A stretch of 53,890 nucleotides of DNA from an uncultured virus (IMG/VR IMGVR_UViG_3300032321_001739) (taxonomy: Duplodnaviria; Heunggongvirae; Uroviricota; Caudoviricetes), in IMG/VR virus record IMGVR_UViG_3300032321_001739. One strand, given 5' to 3'. The position numbers and the translations under genes are program-made. Below the pieces are notes generated by a model. It was not told the origin of the DNA and did not search any database. It saw nothing but the letters and a program-made list of their open reading frames with translations. Shown piece by piece: positions 46,724 to 53,890 of the stretch (position 1 is its first letter; each line of letters starts with the position of its first letter).

Positions 46724-47269
46724 TTAATCTAATTGGTTTAATCTATCAGTATAAATTTTAACTAAATTATTCTTAATATCGTTATCAAGCTTAGACTCTT
46801 GAGTTAATTGAATGTAATCTCTAAGAGTTCTTTGTTTTGTGATTTTATTAATATCTAATTGAACTTTTTCAATCAGTGATTCGTTTGTGTAGTTTTCTAA
46901 CAACGTATTGAATCTTTTTCTACTTTTGAAAAGTGCTTTTTCTCTGTTGATAAAATCAATTTTTGAATCAATAACTTCCCAGTCACCAACTTCATTTTTT
47001 AAACTTTCTAATAGTTTAGTTTGTTCTTTAGATGATTTTTCAGTCAGTAAATCTAAAATGGCTTCTACTACTAATTCTTTACCAGATATTTTAATAAGTC
47101 CTGCTCTTTGGTGATTATCAACTGGACCATACATTCTAACCGTTAAGAATGAATCCATTAAGCTTAATAGCTTTATCTTAAACAATTCTTCTTCGTTTAA
47201 TTGTTTTACTTCTTTCTTAGGCTCTTCCGTAACTTTTTGACCAGTAATATTACTAAATTTTTTCATCAT
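46724..47269 (-). CDS. Helical hypothetical protein with LNE/LLE sites
   Basis: TAATATATA on minus strand at 47291-47299. Confidence 0.7.
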   Translation of the reverse strand: MMKKFSNITGQKVTEEPKKEVKQLNEEELFKIKLLSLMDSFLTVRMYGPVDNHQRAGLIKISGKELVVEAILDLLTEKSSKEQTKLLESLKNEVGDWEVIDSKIDFINREKALFKSRKRFNTLLENYTNESLIEKVQLDINKITKQRTLRDYIQLTQESKLDNDIKNNLVKIYTDRLNQLD

Positions 47270-47337
47270 AAGTCTTTATTTTTGATAGATTATATATTAA
47301 TTTCCAAACCTGCTTTTATATTTTACATATATAACTT

Positions 47338-47775
47338 ATGAAGAAATATTTTTTAACACTAGCAACAGTTGTATTACATAATTTTATAAATGTATCAACA
47401 TTCAATGTAAACACCACTGAAAACACACCTGTAGAGCCTGAAACTAAAGAGATTGAAACAGATCAAGATTCTCTACAATATGTAAAAAAACCAAATGTTC
47501 ATTCTGCTACTTGGTATAATATGCACGGTCATAAAACCGCATCTGGAGAAAGATTTCACAAAGATTCTTTGACAGCAGCTTATAACTATTCAAAATTAGG
47601 AACATATCTAAGAGTTACTAACACATCCACAAACTTATCAGTTATTGTTAAAGTAAATGATAGAATGGGTTACAAAGGAGGAAATCACATAGACCTAAGT
47701 AAATGTGCTTTTGATTCAATTGGAAATACAGGAAGTGGTAGAATTAAAGTTATCGTTGAAGAGATTAAGAATTAA
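47338..47775 (+). CDS. rlpA: RlpA-like double-psi beta-barrel lytic transglycosylase
   Basis: ATWY...TASGERF...LTAA...VTN...V.VNDR...IDLSK.AF. Confidence 0.85.
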   Translation: MKKYFLTLATVVLHNFINVSTFNVNTTENTPVEPETKEIETDQDSLQYVKKPNVHSATWYNMHGHKTASGERFHKDSLTAAYNYSKLGTYLRVTNTSTNLSVIVKVNDRMGYKGGNHIDLSKCAFDSIGNTGSGRIKVIVEEIKN

Positions 47776-47777
47776 AC

Positions 47778-48983
47778 TTATCTAAATAAATTAATCAATT
47801 TATTCCATATTGACTTTAGAATTGATATTAAACTAAATCGAGAATTCTTTACAACACTTTTCGGACTTCCCGGTAATCCCCATTTAGTATAAACTTCTTC
47901 TCTAGTCGCCACTGCATAATTATGTGTTTTTTGGTTATAACAATCATCTTTGAATAACCAATCAGATAATATGCCAGGAGCTTTGTTTCCTTCGTTATCA
48001 GTTAATACCATATAATGAATGTGATTTCCGATATAGTGTCTGTTACCTTCTTGTGACTCATCGAATTCTAAATATCCCCAAATAGAAGAATAATTGGTCA
48101 TATCTCTACTACCAACTTCCATTATAAATTGTAAGAATTCTTGAGATGTTTTACCATTCTCATCTGTTCCAATCATATAATATGGTGGAAAAATAGTCTC
48201 TGGTCCTCCAACAAATTTCTGACACCAGAAATCATCATCAGTGTGTGGGTTATATTGTGAATAATCAAAATCAAAATGTCTTTGTCCATCATTTCTTGTA
48301 TAGTAATCTTTACACCAATAAGACGGGTAAGTTTTAACTTGCCATTTCACTGGAAGTAACTTTGATACAATAATAGATTTACATCTTTGAGAAAGATAAA
48401 GTTGAAAGTCATCATAATCAGGATTCTCTTCATCTGGAAAGAAGTCTAAACAATCAGCCATATCAGCCATTGTGATATCTCCTTTAAGACCTAAATTAGA
48501 ATAATCTTCACAATGAAATACTTCTTGCCAATGTCCTTCAGGATCGACAACCATTTGGTCAATCTTCTTTTTAGTAGCATCAAAGATAGCTAACATACCT
48601 TCTCTAATCTCATTAGCCTTTGATTGAATTTCATCTCCTGGTTGTGATTGTTCAATTAGTTTAGTAATAACACCTGAGGCAATTTTTCCAATAATCATAG
48701 AGATATAAGCGGCTGGTGTTCCACCTGGCCAAAACGCAGAAATGCCTTCGAATATTTTTGAAGCAAACATACCTAAGATTTGAAATGTTTGGTCTTTAAC
48801 AGCATGAACTCCAACATTGTTGATAGCATCTTGAAGGTCGATTTGTGCTTGTATTCTTAAAGAAGAAATTAATTTAGAAAGTGTTCTTAAATTGATATAA
48901 GTTACTTGAACGTGTTTATCGTCATAAACTCTAACGTTCATGTCATTTACGATATAATGAAAAGATTGTGGAAAATAAGCCAT
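47778..48983 (-). CDS. Hypothetical protein with an amphipathic/hydrophobic N-terminal helical hairpin
   Basis: 401-aa ORF. Confidence 0.7.
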   Translation of the reverse strand: MAYFPQSFHYIVNDMNVRVYDDKHVQVTYINLRTLSKLISSLRIQAQIDLQDAINNVGVHAVKDQTFQILGMFASKIFEGISAFWPGGTPAAYISMIIGKIASGVITKLIEQSQPGDEIQSKANEIREGMLAIFDATKKKIDQMVVDPEGHWQEVFHCEDYSNLGLKGDITMADMADCLDFFPDEENPDYDDFQLYLSQRCKSIIVSKLLPVKWQVKTYPSYWCKDYYTRNDGQRHFDFDYSQYNPHTDDDFWCQKFVGGPETIFPPYYMIGTDENGKTSQEFLQFIMEVGSRDMTNYSSIWGYLEFDESQEGNRHYIGNHIHYMVLTDNEGNKAPGILSDWLFKDDCYNQKTHNYAVATREEVYTKWGLPGSPKSVVKNSRFSLISILKSIWNKLINLFR

Positions 48984-49072
48984 TTTTTGATTTTTCTTTT
49001 ATATATCAAAAATTAAAGTGAAAAAAATTCTGATATCAACTGACTCAAATAATTTATATGATTTCAACCACT

Positions 49073-49384
49073 TCATTCTTTATCGTCTTTTTGTGAGTTT
49101 TTAGTTCCGAAATAATAAGAGAAAATCATCAATGTTAATGTTTTAATTAAGTCAAATAGTTGACTACTAACTTCCTCTCCTAAAAGATGAATCTTAAAAG
49201 CAACTGTTTTGTCAACAATAAAAAGAGCAACTAAAGATGTGAAAATAACTAATACAAATCTAACTAGCAAATCTTTTGTATTTGATGCGAACAATTTATT
49301 CACCCAATAAACAGCACCTGCTATGAATCCTAAGCCAATAAGTATTCCAAAAATCATTATAAAATCGTTATCCGAACTGAACAT
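49073..49384 (-). CDS. Small 3-TM membrane protein, holin-like
   Basis: Three hydrophobic helices; IFSYYFG followed by a charged tail. Confidence 0.55.
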   Translation of the reverse strand: MFSSDNDFIMIFGILIGLGFIAGAVYWVNKLFASNTKDLLVRFVLVIFTSLVALFIVDKTVAFKIHLLGEEVSSQLFDLIKTLTLMIFSYYFGTKNSQKDDKE

Positions 49385-49390
49385 ATCTCA

Positions 49391-49849
49391 TTATTTTATT
49401 TTAATTGTATAATCCATAAGATCTCCTACTGGAGAGTCTCCATAAACCTCCCCATCAATTGATATATCTCGTCCTAAAGATTCTTTTGCTTCTTCGATAA
49501 AAACATCTAAATCTTCTTTGAATCTTTCTATACTATCTTGTCTGATATTCCAGATAGTTATATCTTTTACAACTTCTTTATCCAATTCTGATTGTTTTAT
49601 ATTATCGAATGTAAAATTTTGTTTTCTGAATGCCCAAAATTTATGAAGTGGGTATCCTTCGTTAAATGGAGCATCCGGATGCTCAAAACTCTCATCAGTC
49701 CATTCAACTATTCCCCACTCATCAAAAAGATCATATAGTAAATGAGACAAAGTTATATAGTCTTCATTGTCTTGAAGGTTCTCAAATATTTTATATTCTT
49801 TTAAATGTCTCTCTTCAGTAGACTCATTAAACTTTCTTAGATATTTCAC
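49391..49849 (-). CDS. Hypothetical protein with doubled leader (MKYLRKFNES...HLKEYKIFEN)
   Basis: GTG start at 49849, after TATATATA and the terminator. Confidence 0.7.
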   Translation of the reverse strand: MKYLRKFNESTEERHLKEYKIFENLQDNEDYITLSHLLYDLFDEWGIVEWTDESFEHPDAPFNEGYPLHKFWAFRKQNFTFDNIKQSELDKEVVKDITIWNIRQDSIERFKEDLDVFIEEAKESLGRDISIDGEVYGDSPVGDLMDYTIKIK

Positions 49850-49859
49850 TATGTATATA

Positions 49860-49897
49860 TAAAAAAAGCCGGATGATTTTGTCACCCGGCTTTTTTT
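49860..49897. terminator. Intrinsic terminator AAAAAAAGCCGG...CCGGCTTTTTTT
   Basis: GC stem flanked by A and T runs. Confidence 0.85.
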
Positions 49898-49914
49898 ATT
49901 ATAAGAATAATAAA

Positions 49915-50130
49915 TTAGATTTTTTCTTTATATTCTTGAACATCATTTCTGATTTCTTGTGAAAGTTTTTTAACTTCTTGCATCATTTTTCTGATACGAG
50001 TTCCTGCTGTGCGGTTTCCTTTGATAAAAAACTTCTCAAAGTCTTCTTTAAGATCGATTTTCTTACCATCAACCTCAACCTCTTCAGTTAAAAGTTTAAC
50101 TAGCTCGTCATATTTGTCTAGATAATCCAT
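49915..50130 (-). CDS. Hc1-like (histone H1-like) small protein of Bacteroidota type
   Basis: DFEKFFIKGNRTAGTRIRKMMQEVKKLSQEIR. Confidence 0.8.
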   Translation of the reverse strand: MDYLDKYDELVKLLTEEVEVDGKKIDLKEDFEKFFIKGNRTAGTRIRKMMQEVKKLSQEIRNDVQEYKEKI

Positions 50131-50195
50131 AAATTTTTAATTATTTTTCGGATATATATAAAAACTTAATAGTTCTTTATCAGAACTTCTTTCAA

Positions 50196-50672
50196 TCATT
50201 GTATCTTTTTAATCTCTTCGTATAATTTTTCTTCATCACCAGGAGCGTAGTTATTATGAGTATAAACAATATTTCCTGATTTGTCAACTAAAAATGTGTG
50301 AGGAACATTATTTACACCCATAGCTCGTTTAAAATCACCATTTGGATCTAATAAAACTAAATACTCCCAACCTTTTCCATTTACATAAACAGGAACCGAG
50401 TTTATTGTTTTTTGATCATCAATTGCAACTGCAACTAATGTAACGCCTGTTTCACTTTGCCATTCTTCATAATTTTCATAAATAGTGTTTAGTTCTCTTT
50501 TACAAGGTGCACACCAAGTCGCCCAGAAGCTAAAAACAATAGGTCCATCAAATCCTAAACTATCGGTGAAGAAATTATTTCCATTTAAGTCTTTTAATTG
50601 AACTCTTGGAACTTGATTTTGTGAAAATAGATTAAATGATATAAGACAGATGAATAGTGTAAGTAGTTTCAT
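50196..50672 (-). CDS. TlpA/ResA-like thiol-disulfide oxidoreductase, exported
   Basis: FWATWCAPCKREL; VPHTFLVDKSG. Confidence 0.9.
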   Translation of the reverse strand: MKLLTLFICLISFNLFSQNQVPRVQLKDLNGNNFFTDSLGFDGPIVFSFWATWCAPCKRELNTIYENYEEWQSETGVTLVAVAIDDQKTINSVPVYVNGKGWEYLVLLDPNGDFKRAMGVNNVPHTFLVDKSGNIVYTHNNYAPGDEEKLYEEIKKIQ

Positions 50673-50917
50673 ATTATTTTTTTAATTTTATTATCTCTAA
50701 ATTCTTCTAAAATTACGAAATATTTTTTAATATTAACTAACAAACAACCCCAATTTGTATTCTCAAAGAAAACAGCTATGTGATATCCATTGATATCAGC
50801 ATCTGGTAATTCATTGTGGAAATCTTTTATTTTATATTTATGGCCATAAGTAAAATTTTTGAAGTGGTCGTCATTTACATCTTCTCCAATAAATACTAAC
50901 ACGTCTCCAATTTCCAT
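50669..50917 (-). CDS. Hypothetical SH3-like protein, C-terminal tag (RDNKIKKII)
   Basis: MEIGD...FTYGHKYKI. Confidence 0.7.
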   Translation of the reverse strand: MEIGDVLVFIGEDVNDDHFKNFTYGHKYKIKDFHNELPDADINGYHIAVFFENTNWGCLLVNIKKYFVILEEFRDNKIKKII

Positions 50918-52041
50918 TACTCAACTCCGAAATGTTTTTGTAAAATTTCAAAAGCTAAATCTCTTTGTTTGTTTACATATTTCGCATTACCACTAACTTT
51001 AATAATTCCTAAATTAGTAATCACTTTGAAGAAATCAGTAATATCTTTGTTAAGAACAATAATATCGTTGACTTTGCACATATCAATAATTGCCTTATTT
51101 GAAGATAGTTTCTGATTCATTCTCATGTCTTCTGGATAAAGTATTTGTAATATTTGTTCATAAAGTAAGAACTTTTGATAGTTAGGATCTTTTTCTAATT
51201 TATCTCTAAACTCTCTATAACTTCTGAATTTGTAATATTCGTTGAAATAAACACCCGCTAAAATAATTAACTCGATAAGTGTAGAGACTATAACAAAAGC
51301 TATGGTATTTTTTGAATTGTCTTTTTTCTTTTCATCTGTTTTAGAACCAAGCTCAGTTTCTTTCTGCTTTATTTTCTTTTGAACATCTTCTGTTAATGAT
51401 TGTTTAGTTGTTTCAATTTTTTCAATATCACTTCTTAGTGTTTCTCTTTCTTTTTTCAAATCAGCGACTCTTTGTCTTTGTTGTCTCGAAAGTGGTTGCA
51501 TTGATTCTATCTCAGTTTGTTCTTTATCTTTGATATCCAACTTTGTTTTTAATTCTTTAGTTTCGAATTCTCTAACAACTAAAACACTATCATTGATTTT
51601 ATTTAAAGAGTCTGAGTATTGAGTTAATACCAATTCCTTATCTGATTCAATCTGTTTATCTTTTGATGCAAACTCAGCTGCTCCTGAAATAGAAGAGTAG
51701 AATGAGATACCAATTATTAAAATACTTAGTAGAAAAAGCGGAAGAACTTTTTGTATAGATTTCAGTTTTAAATACTGGATAGAAAATTTATCAAAAATAT
51801 CTCTTTTTAAAAGTTCAACTCCTGATAATATCACAATTGATGCAATAAATACAGCAACTTGATTATCTGTCATTGCCGATGATAAAATCTTAGATAACAT
51901 AAAGTATGCTAAGAATATAGAAGCAAAATGACCAAACCAAGATAATACGAGCAAAACTAAGTTGATGGTTTTGTAACCTTCATTAAAGTTTTGATTATTA
52001 ATCTTTTCTTCTAATTTTTTGTAGTCTTGAATCTTCATCAA
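50917..52041 (-). CDS. Membrane protein: 3 TM, long coiled coil, TM, C-terminal wHTH-like region
   Basis: Hydropathy and heptad pattern. Confidence 0.7.
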   Translation of the reverse strand: MMKIQDYKKLEEKINNQNFNEGYKTINLVLLVLSWFGHFASIFLAYFMLSKILSSAMTDNQVAVFIASIVILSGVELLKRDIFDKFSIQYLKLKSIQKVLPLFLLSILIIGISFYSSISGAAEFASKDKQIESDKELVLTQYSDSLNKINDSVLVVREFETKELKTKLDIKDKEQTEIESMQPLSRQQRQRVADLKKERETLRSDIEKIETTKQSLTEDVQKKIKQKETELGSKTDEKKKDNSKNTIAFVIVSTLIELIILAGVYFNEYYKFRSYREFRDKLEKDPNYQKFLLYEQILQILYPEDMRMNQKLSSNKAIIDMCKVNDIIVLNKDITDFFKVITNLGIIKVSGNAKYVNKQRDLAFEILQKHFGVE

Positions 52042-52358
52042 TCTAAATTAATTTTTCCTTTTAATCTTTCTAATAAACTAAGTTTTCTCGTTTTAATCTG
52101 ATTTATTTCATCAGATTTATTTGTTAACATAGTTTGTAAACTGGCTATCTCTTTTTCTAAAAATTTAATTTTCTCTTCGAGTTTTGATATGTCATAACTA
52201 CTATCAGTCTTTAACAAATCGTGTTTTCCATGAATAACTCGGTAGAAATATCTCCATTTAAGTAGTAGATATTTAAACTCATCCGGTTTGAATTCACTCT
52301 CAAAATCACTTGTCATCAAAAAGTCTAAAATCTCCTCTTCTGTTAATTCTGAAATCAT
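52038..52358 (-). CDS. Coiled-coil hypothetical protein
   Basis: TAATATATA just upstream on minus strand. Confidence 0.7.
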   Translation of the reverse strand: MISELTEEEILDFLMTSDFESEFKPDEFKYLLLKWRYFYRVIHGKHDLLKTDSSYDISKLEEKIKFLEKEIASLQTMLTNKSDEINQIKTRKLSLLERLKGKINLD

Positions 52359-52375
52359 TTGGTATATATTATTTT

Positions 52376-53437
52376 TTAAAACCCAAGTCTTTTTTTATTG
52401 TCGGATTTAGTATTTTTTATTAAATCTAACAATCTAATATCATTTTTGTGTTTCTGTTTATATCCCAATAATTCTGAAAGTTGATTTGCTTCGGAATTTG
52501 ATAGATCAGTAAATTCAATTATATCAATTAAGTTATTACACTCAATTAGGTTATGATCGATTTCACTTTTGTCTTCAACATTGAATATGGTTATTATACT
52601 TAGTTTATTTGAAAGTAAACCATCTACAAGTTGCATCAAATTATTAGCAATTATATTAGACTTTGTAAAAAATTCGTTGAAAATCATTTCACAATCATCT
52701 AATATTAATATTGGGTTTTCATGTTTTTTAAGGAATTTAGAAAAATCAGAACTATTTATTGTTAAATCAACTAAGTTGTTAGGAACAAATATTAGATTTC
52801 TGTCAAGTTTAGTCGCTAAATACTTTATTACTGAACTTTTACCAGTTCCTCTTTTACCATACAAAATTGATAATCCAGATTCTTGTTTCTTAGATTTTTT
52901 CAACCATTTAGACAAATCTTTGAAGGTTTGTTTTGAATAATACTCTTCAATATTATCAATATCAATATCATCATATTTTATTTCTTCTAACTCAATTGAG
53001 TTATTAGATAAACTAACCACATTTAGATTGTGTCCTTCTTCTAAGTCGTCTATAAGTTGATATTCTGAAATACTTTTAATGATTTCATTGACTTCATCAG
53101 CATCTTCTGATGAGCTATAGTAAATTGTAATATCAGATATAACCGCACTTTCTGTAAGTTTATCAACAGCGATATATGAAATATAAACACTTTCATTTGA
53201 TTTTAACAATACTTTGTCATTAATGATATCATCTGTCTCTAAACAGATAATTTCTGTGAATTTATTTACTTTTTCATATTGGTCAAAAAAGTTCTCAGTT
53301 TCTTTAAAATCAAAGCTTCCATGTATTAAAACTTTATTTGGACGGGTTTTGAATATATCCCAGAGATAAAGAAAGTCGTTTAGACCAGAGTCATCTTTGT
53401 TAATATTTATTTTTAAGTTGGTTTTTTTTGTTTGCAT
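52376..53437 (-). CDS. AAA+ ATPase
   Basis: Walker A GKRGTGKS; Walker B ILILDDCE; LMQLVDGL; C-terminal RLGF. Confidence 0.8.
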   Translation of the reverse strand: MQTKKTNLKININKDDSGLNDFLYLWDIFKTRPNKVLIHGSFDFKETENFFDQYEKVNKFTEIICLETDDIINDKVLLKSNESVYISYIAVDKLTESAVISDITIYYSSSEDADEVNEIIKSISEYQLIDDLEEGHNLNVVSLSNNSIELEEIKYDDIDIDNIEEYYSKQTFKDLSKWLKKSKKQESGLSILYGKRGTGKSSVIKYLATKLDRNLIFVPNNLVDLTINSSDFSKFLKKHENPILILDDCEMIFNEFFTKSNIIANNLMQLVDGLLSNKLSIITIFNVEDKSEIDHNLIECNNLIDIIEFTDLSNSEANQLSELLGYKQKHKNDIRLLDLIKNTKSDNKKRLGF

Positions 53438-53492
53438 TTAAAAAAATGATTTTTTTTATTTTATATATAACTCTAATAAAAAGTTTTTAAGA

Positions 53493-53699
53493 ATGTCAAA
53501 AGAACAAATTGAATCAATACTCGACGCAAACACTTATTTAATTGAGTGTAAATGTGCTAGTAAGTGTAAAAAGAAATACGAGTATGCTAGAAGATATTTA
53601 AATCTAACAGTTCATAAAGTCTTATTCAAACCTAAAAAACAAAAGCCTTCTGGTATTTTTCTATCTGTATTTTACTTCTTTATAAGTGTAATTAATTAA
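53493..53699 (+). CDS. Hypothetical protein
   Basis: ORF track; TATATATA upstream. Confidence 0.45.
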   Translation: MSKEQIESILDANTYLIECKCASKCKKKYEYARRYLNLTVHKVLFKPKKQKPSGIFLSVFYFFISVIN

Positions 53700-53890
53700 T
53701 TCTCAGATTCTTTATTCTCAGTTACAGTTTCGGTCACCTCACTTACTAAATCATTATTAATAAAATCACCGTCAATAATAGGTCCATCAATCATTGGTCC
53801 ATCAATCATTGGTCCATCAATCATTGGTCCATCAATCATTGGTCCATCAATCATTGGTCCATTAGGATTCAAACTTGGTGTATCGTTGAA
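53696..53890 (-). CDS. Partial CDS (3' end) containing (GPMID)5
   Basis: Minus frame is open from the window end: FNDTPSLNPN(GPMID)5GPIIDGDF...ENKESEN*. Confidence 0.65.
   Translation of the reverse strand, partial: FNDTPSLNPNGPMIDGPMIDGPMIDGPMIDGPMIDGPIIDGDFINNDLVSEVTETVTENKESEN
53781..53862. repeat. Perfect 15-bp tandem repeat GGTCCATCAATCATT x5 plus partial copy
   Basis: Read directly. Confidence 0.95.

Noticed and set aside
273..52940. Shadow ORFs in the track (e.g. 273-, 1835-, 2672+, 4247+, 6350+, 13310-, 14848-, 16732-, 19716-, 24410+, 25280+, 25669+, 26505-, 27054+, 32122+, 32159-, 35193+, 40450+, 40701+, 41271+, 41679+, 43493-, 44867-, 46908+, 52569+)
   Set aside because: They overlap better-supported genes, mostly antisense, and have low-information compositions typical of reverse-frame artefacts.
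53781..53862. CRISPR array
   Set aside because: Head-to-tail 15-mers without spacers; in frame within a CDS.
1..53890. Stop-codon reassignment (genetic code 4 or 15), as seen in some large phages
   Set aside because: Conserved genes (metH, rpoD, HU, M50) are full length in code 11, TGA and TAG end genes at sensible places, and coding density is already high.
1..53890. Bacterial chromosome or eukaryotic giant virus origin
   Set aside because: Host-like genes are isolated among orphan ORFs with no housekeeping operons. Sigma-70, HU, intrinsic terminators and T9SS signals argue against a eukaryotic virus. Phage status remains inferred because no hallmark gene is in the window.

Overview
Very AT-rich, gene-dense window read in the standard code. 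It is best interpreted as an accessory region of a jumbo (probably T4-like) phage infecting Bacteroidota/Flavobacteria. That call is inferred, because no terminase, capsid or polymerase gene lies in the window. Host evidence: a Bacteroidota-type RpoD sigma factor, TTTG-N19/20-TAnnTTTG promoters, two T9SS-substrate-like proteins, a Flavobacterium-style split metH, HU and an Hc1-like protein. Phage evidence: dozens of short overlapping orphan ORFs and a second, recurrent promoter-like motif, TAATATATA. The most striking unexplained structures are: (1) a C-terminal peptide tag R-[DE]-x-K-[LI]-x-x-[LI]-(G-[IL]) on about 18 otherwise unrelated small proteins; (2) a largely separate set of about 13 proteins with an N-terminal MK-x-x-K-x-[FY]...[FLI]-x-E-[SAN] leader resembling the T4 capsid-targeting/prohead-protease signal, mostly downstream of TAATATATA; (3) a ~170-nt putative ncRNA at 21215-21382 with candidate kissing-loop and pseudoknot pairings; (4) seven copies of a 26-28 bp palindromic site TACA-N18-TGTA, clustered beside a ribbon-helix-helix gene where strand skew appears to flip. 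Also present: an acyl-carrier-protein mimic lacking the attachment Ser, a PAS-PAS-coiled-coil-2TM protein, and a frameshifted paralogue. All product calls come from motif recognition by eye; no database search was run.
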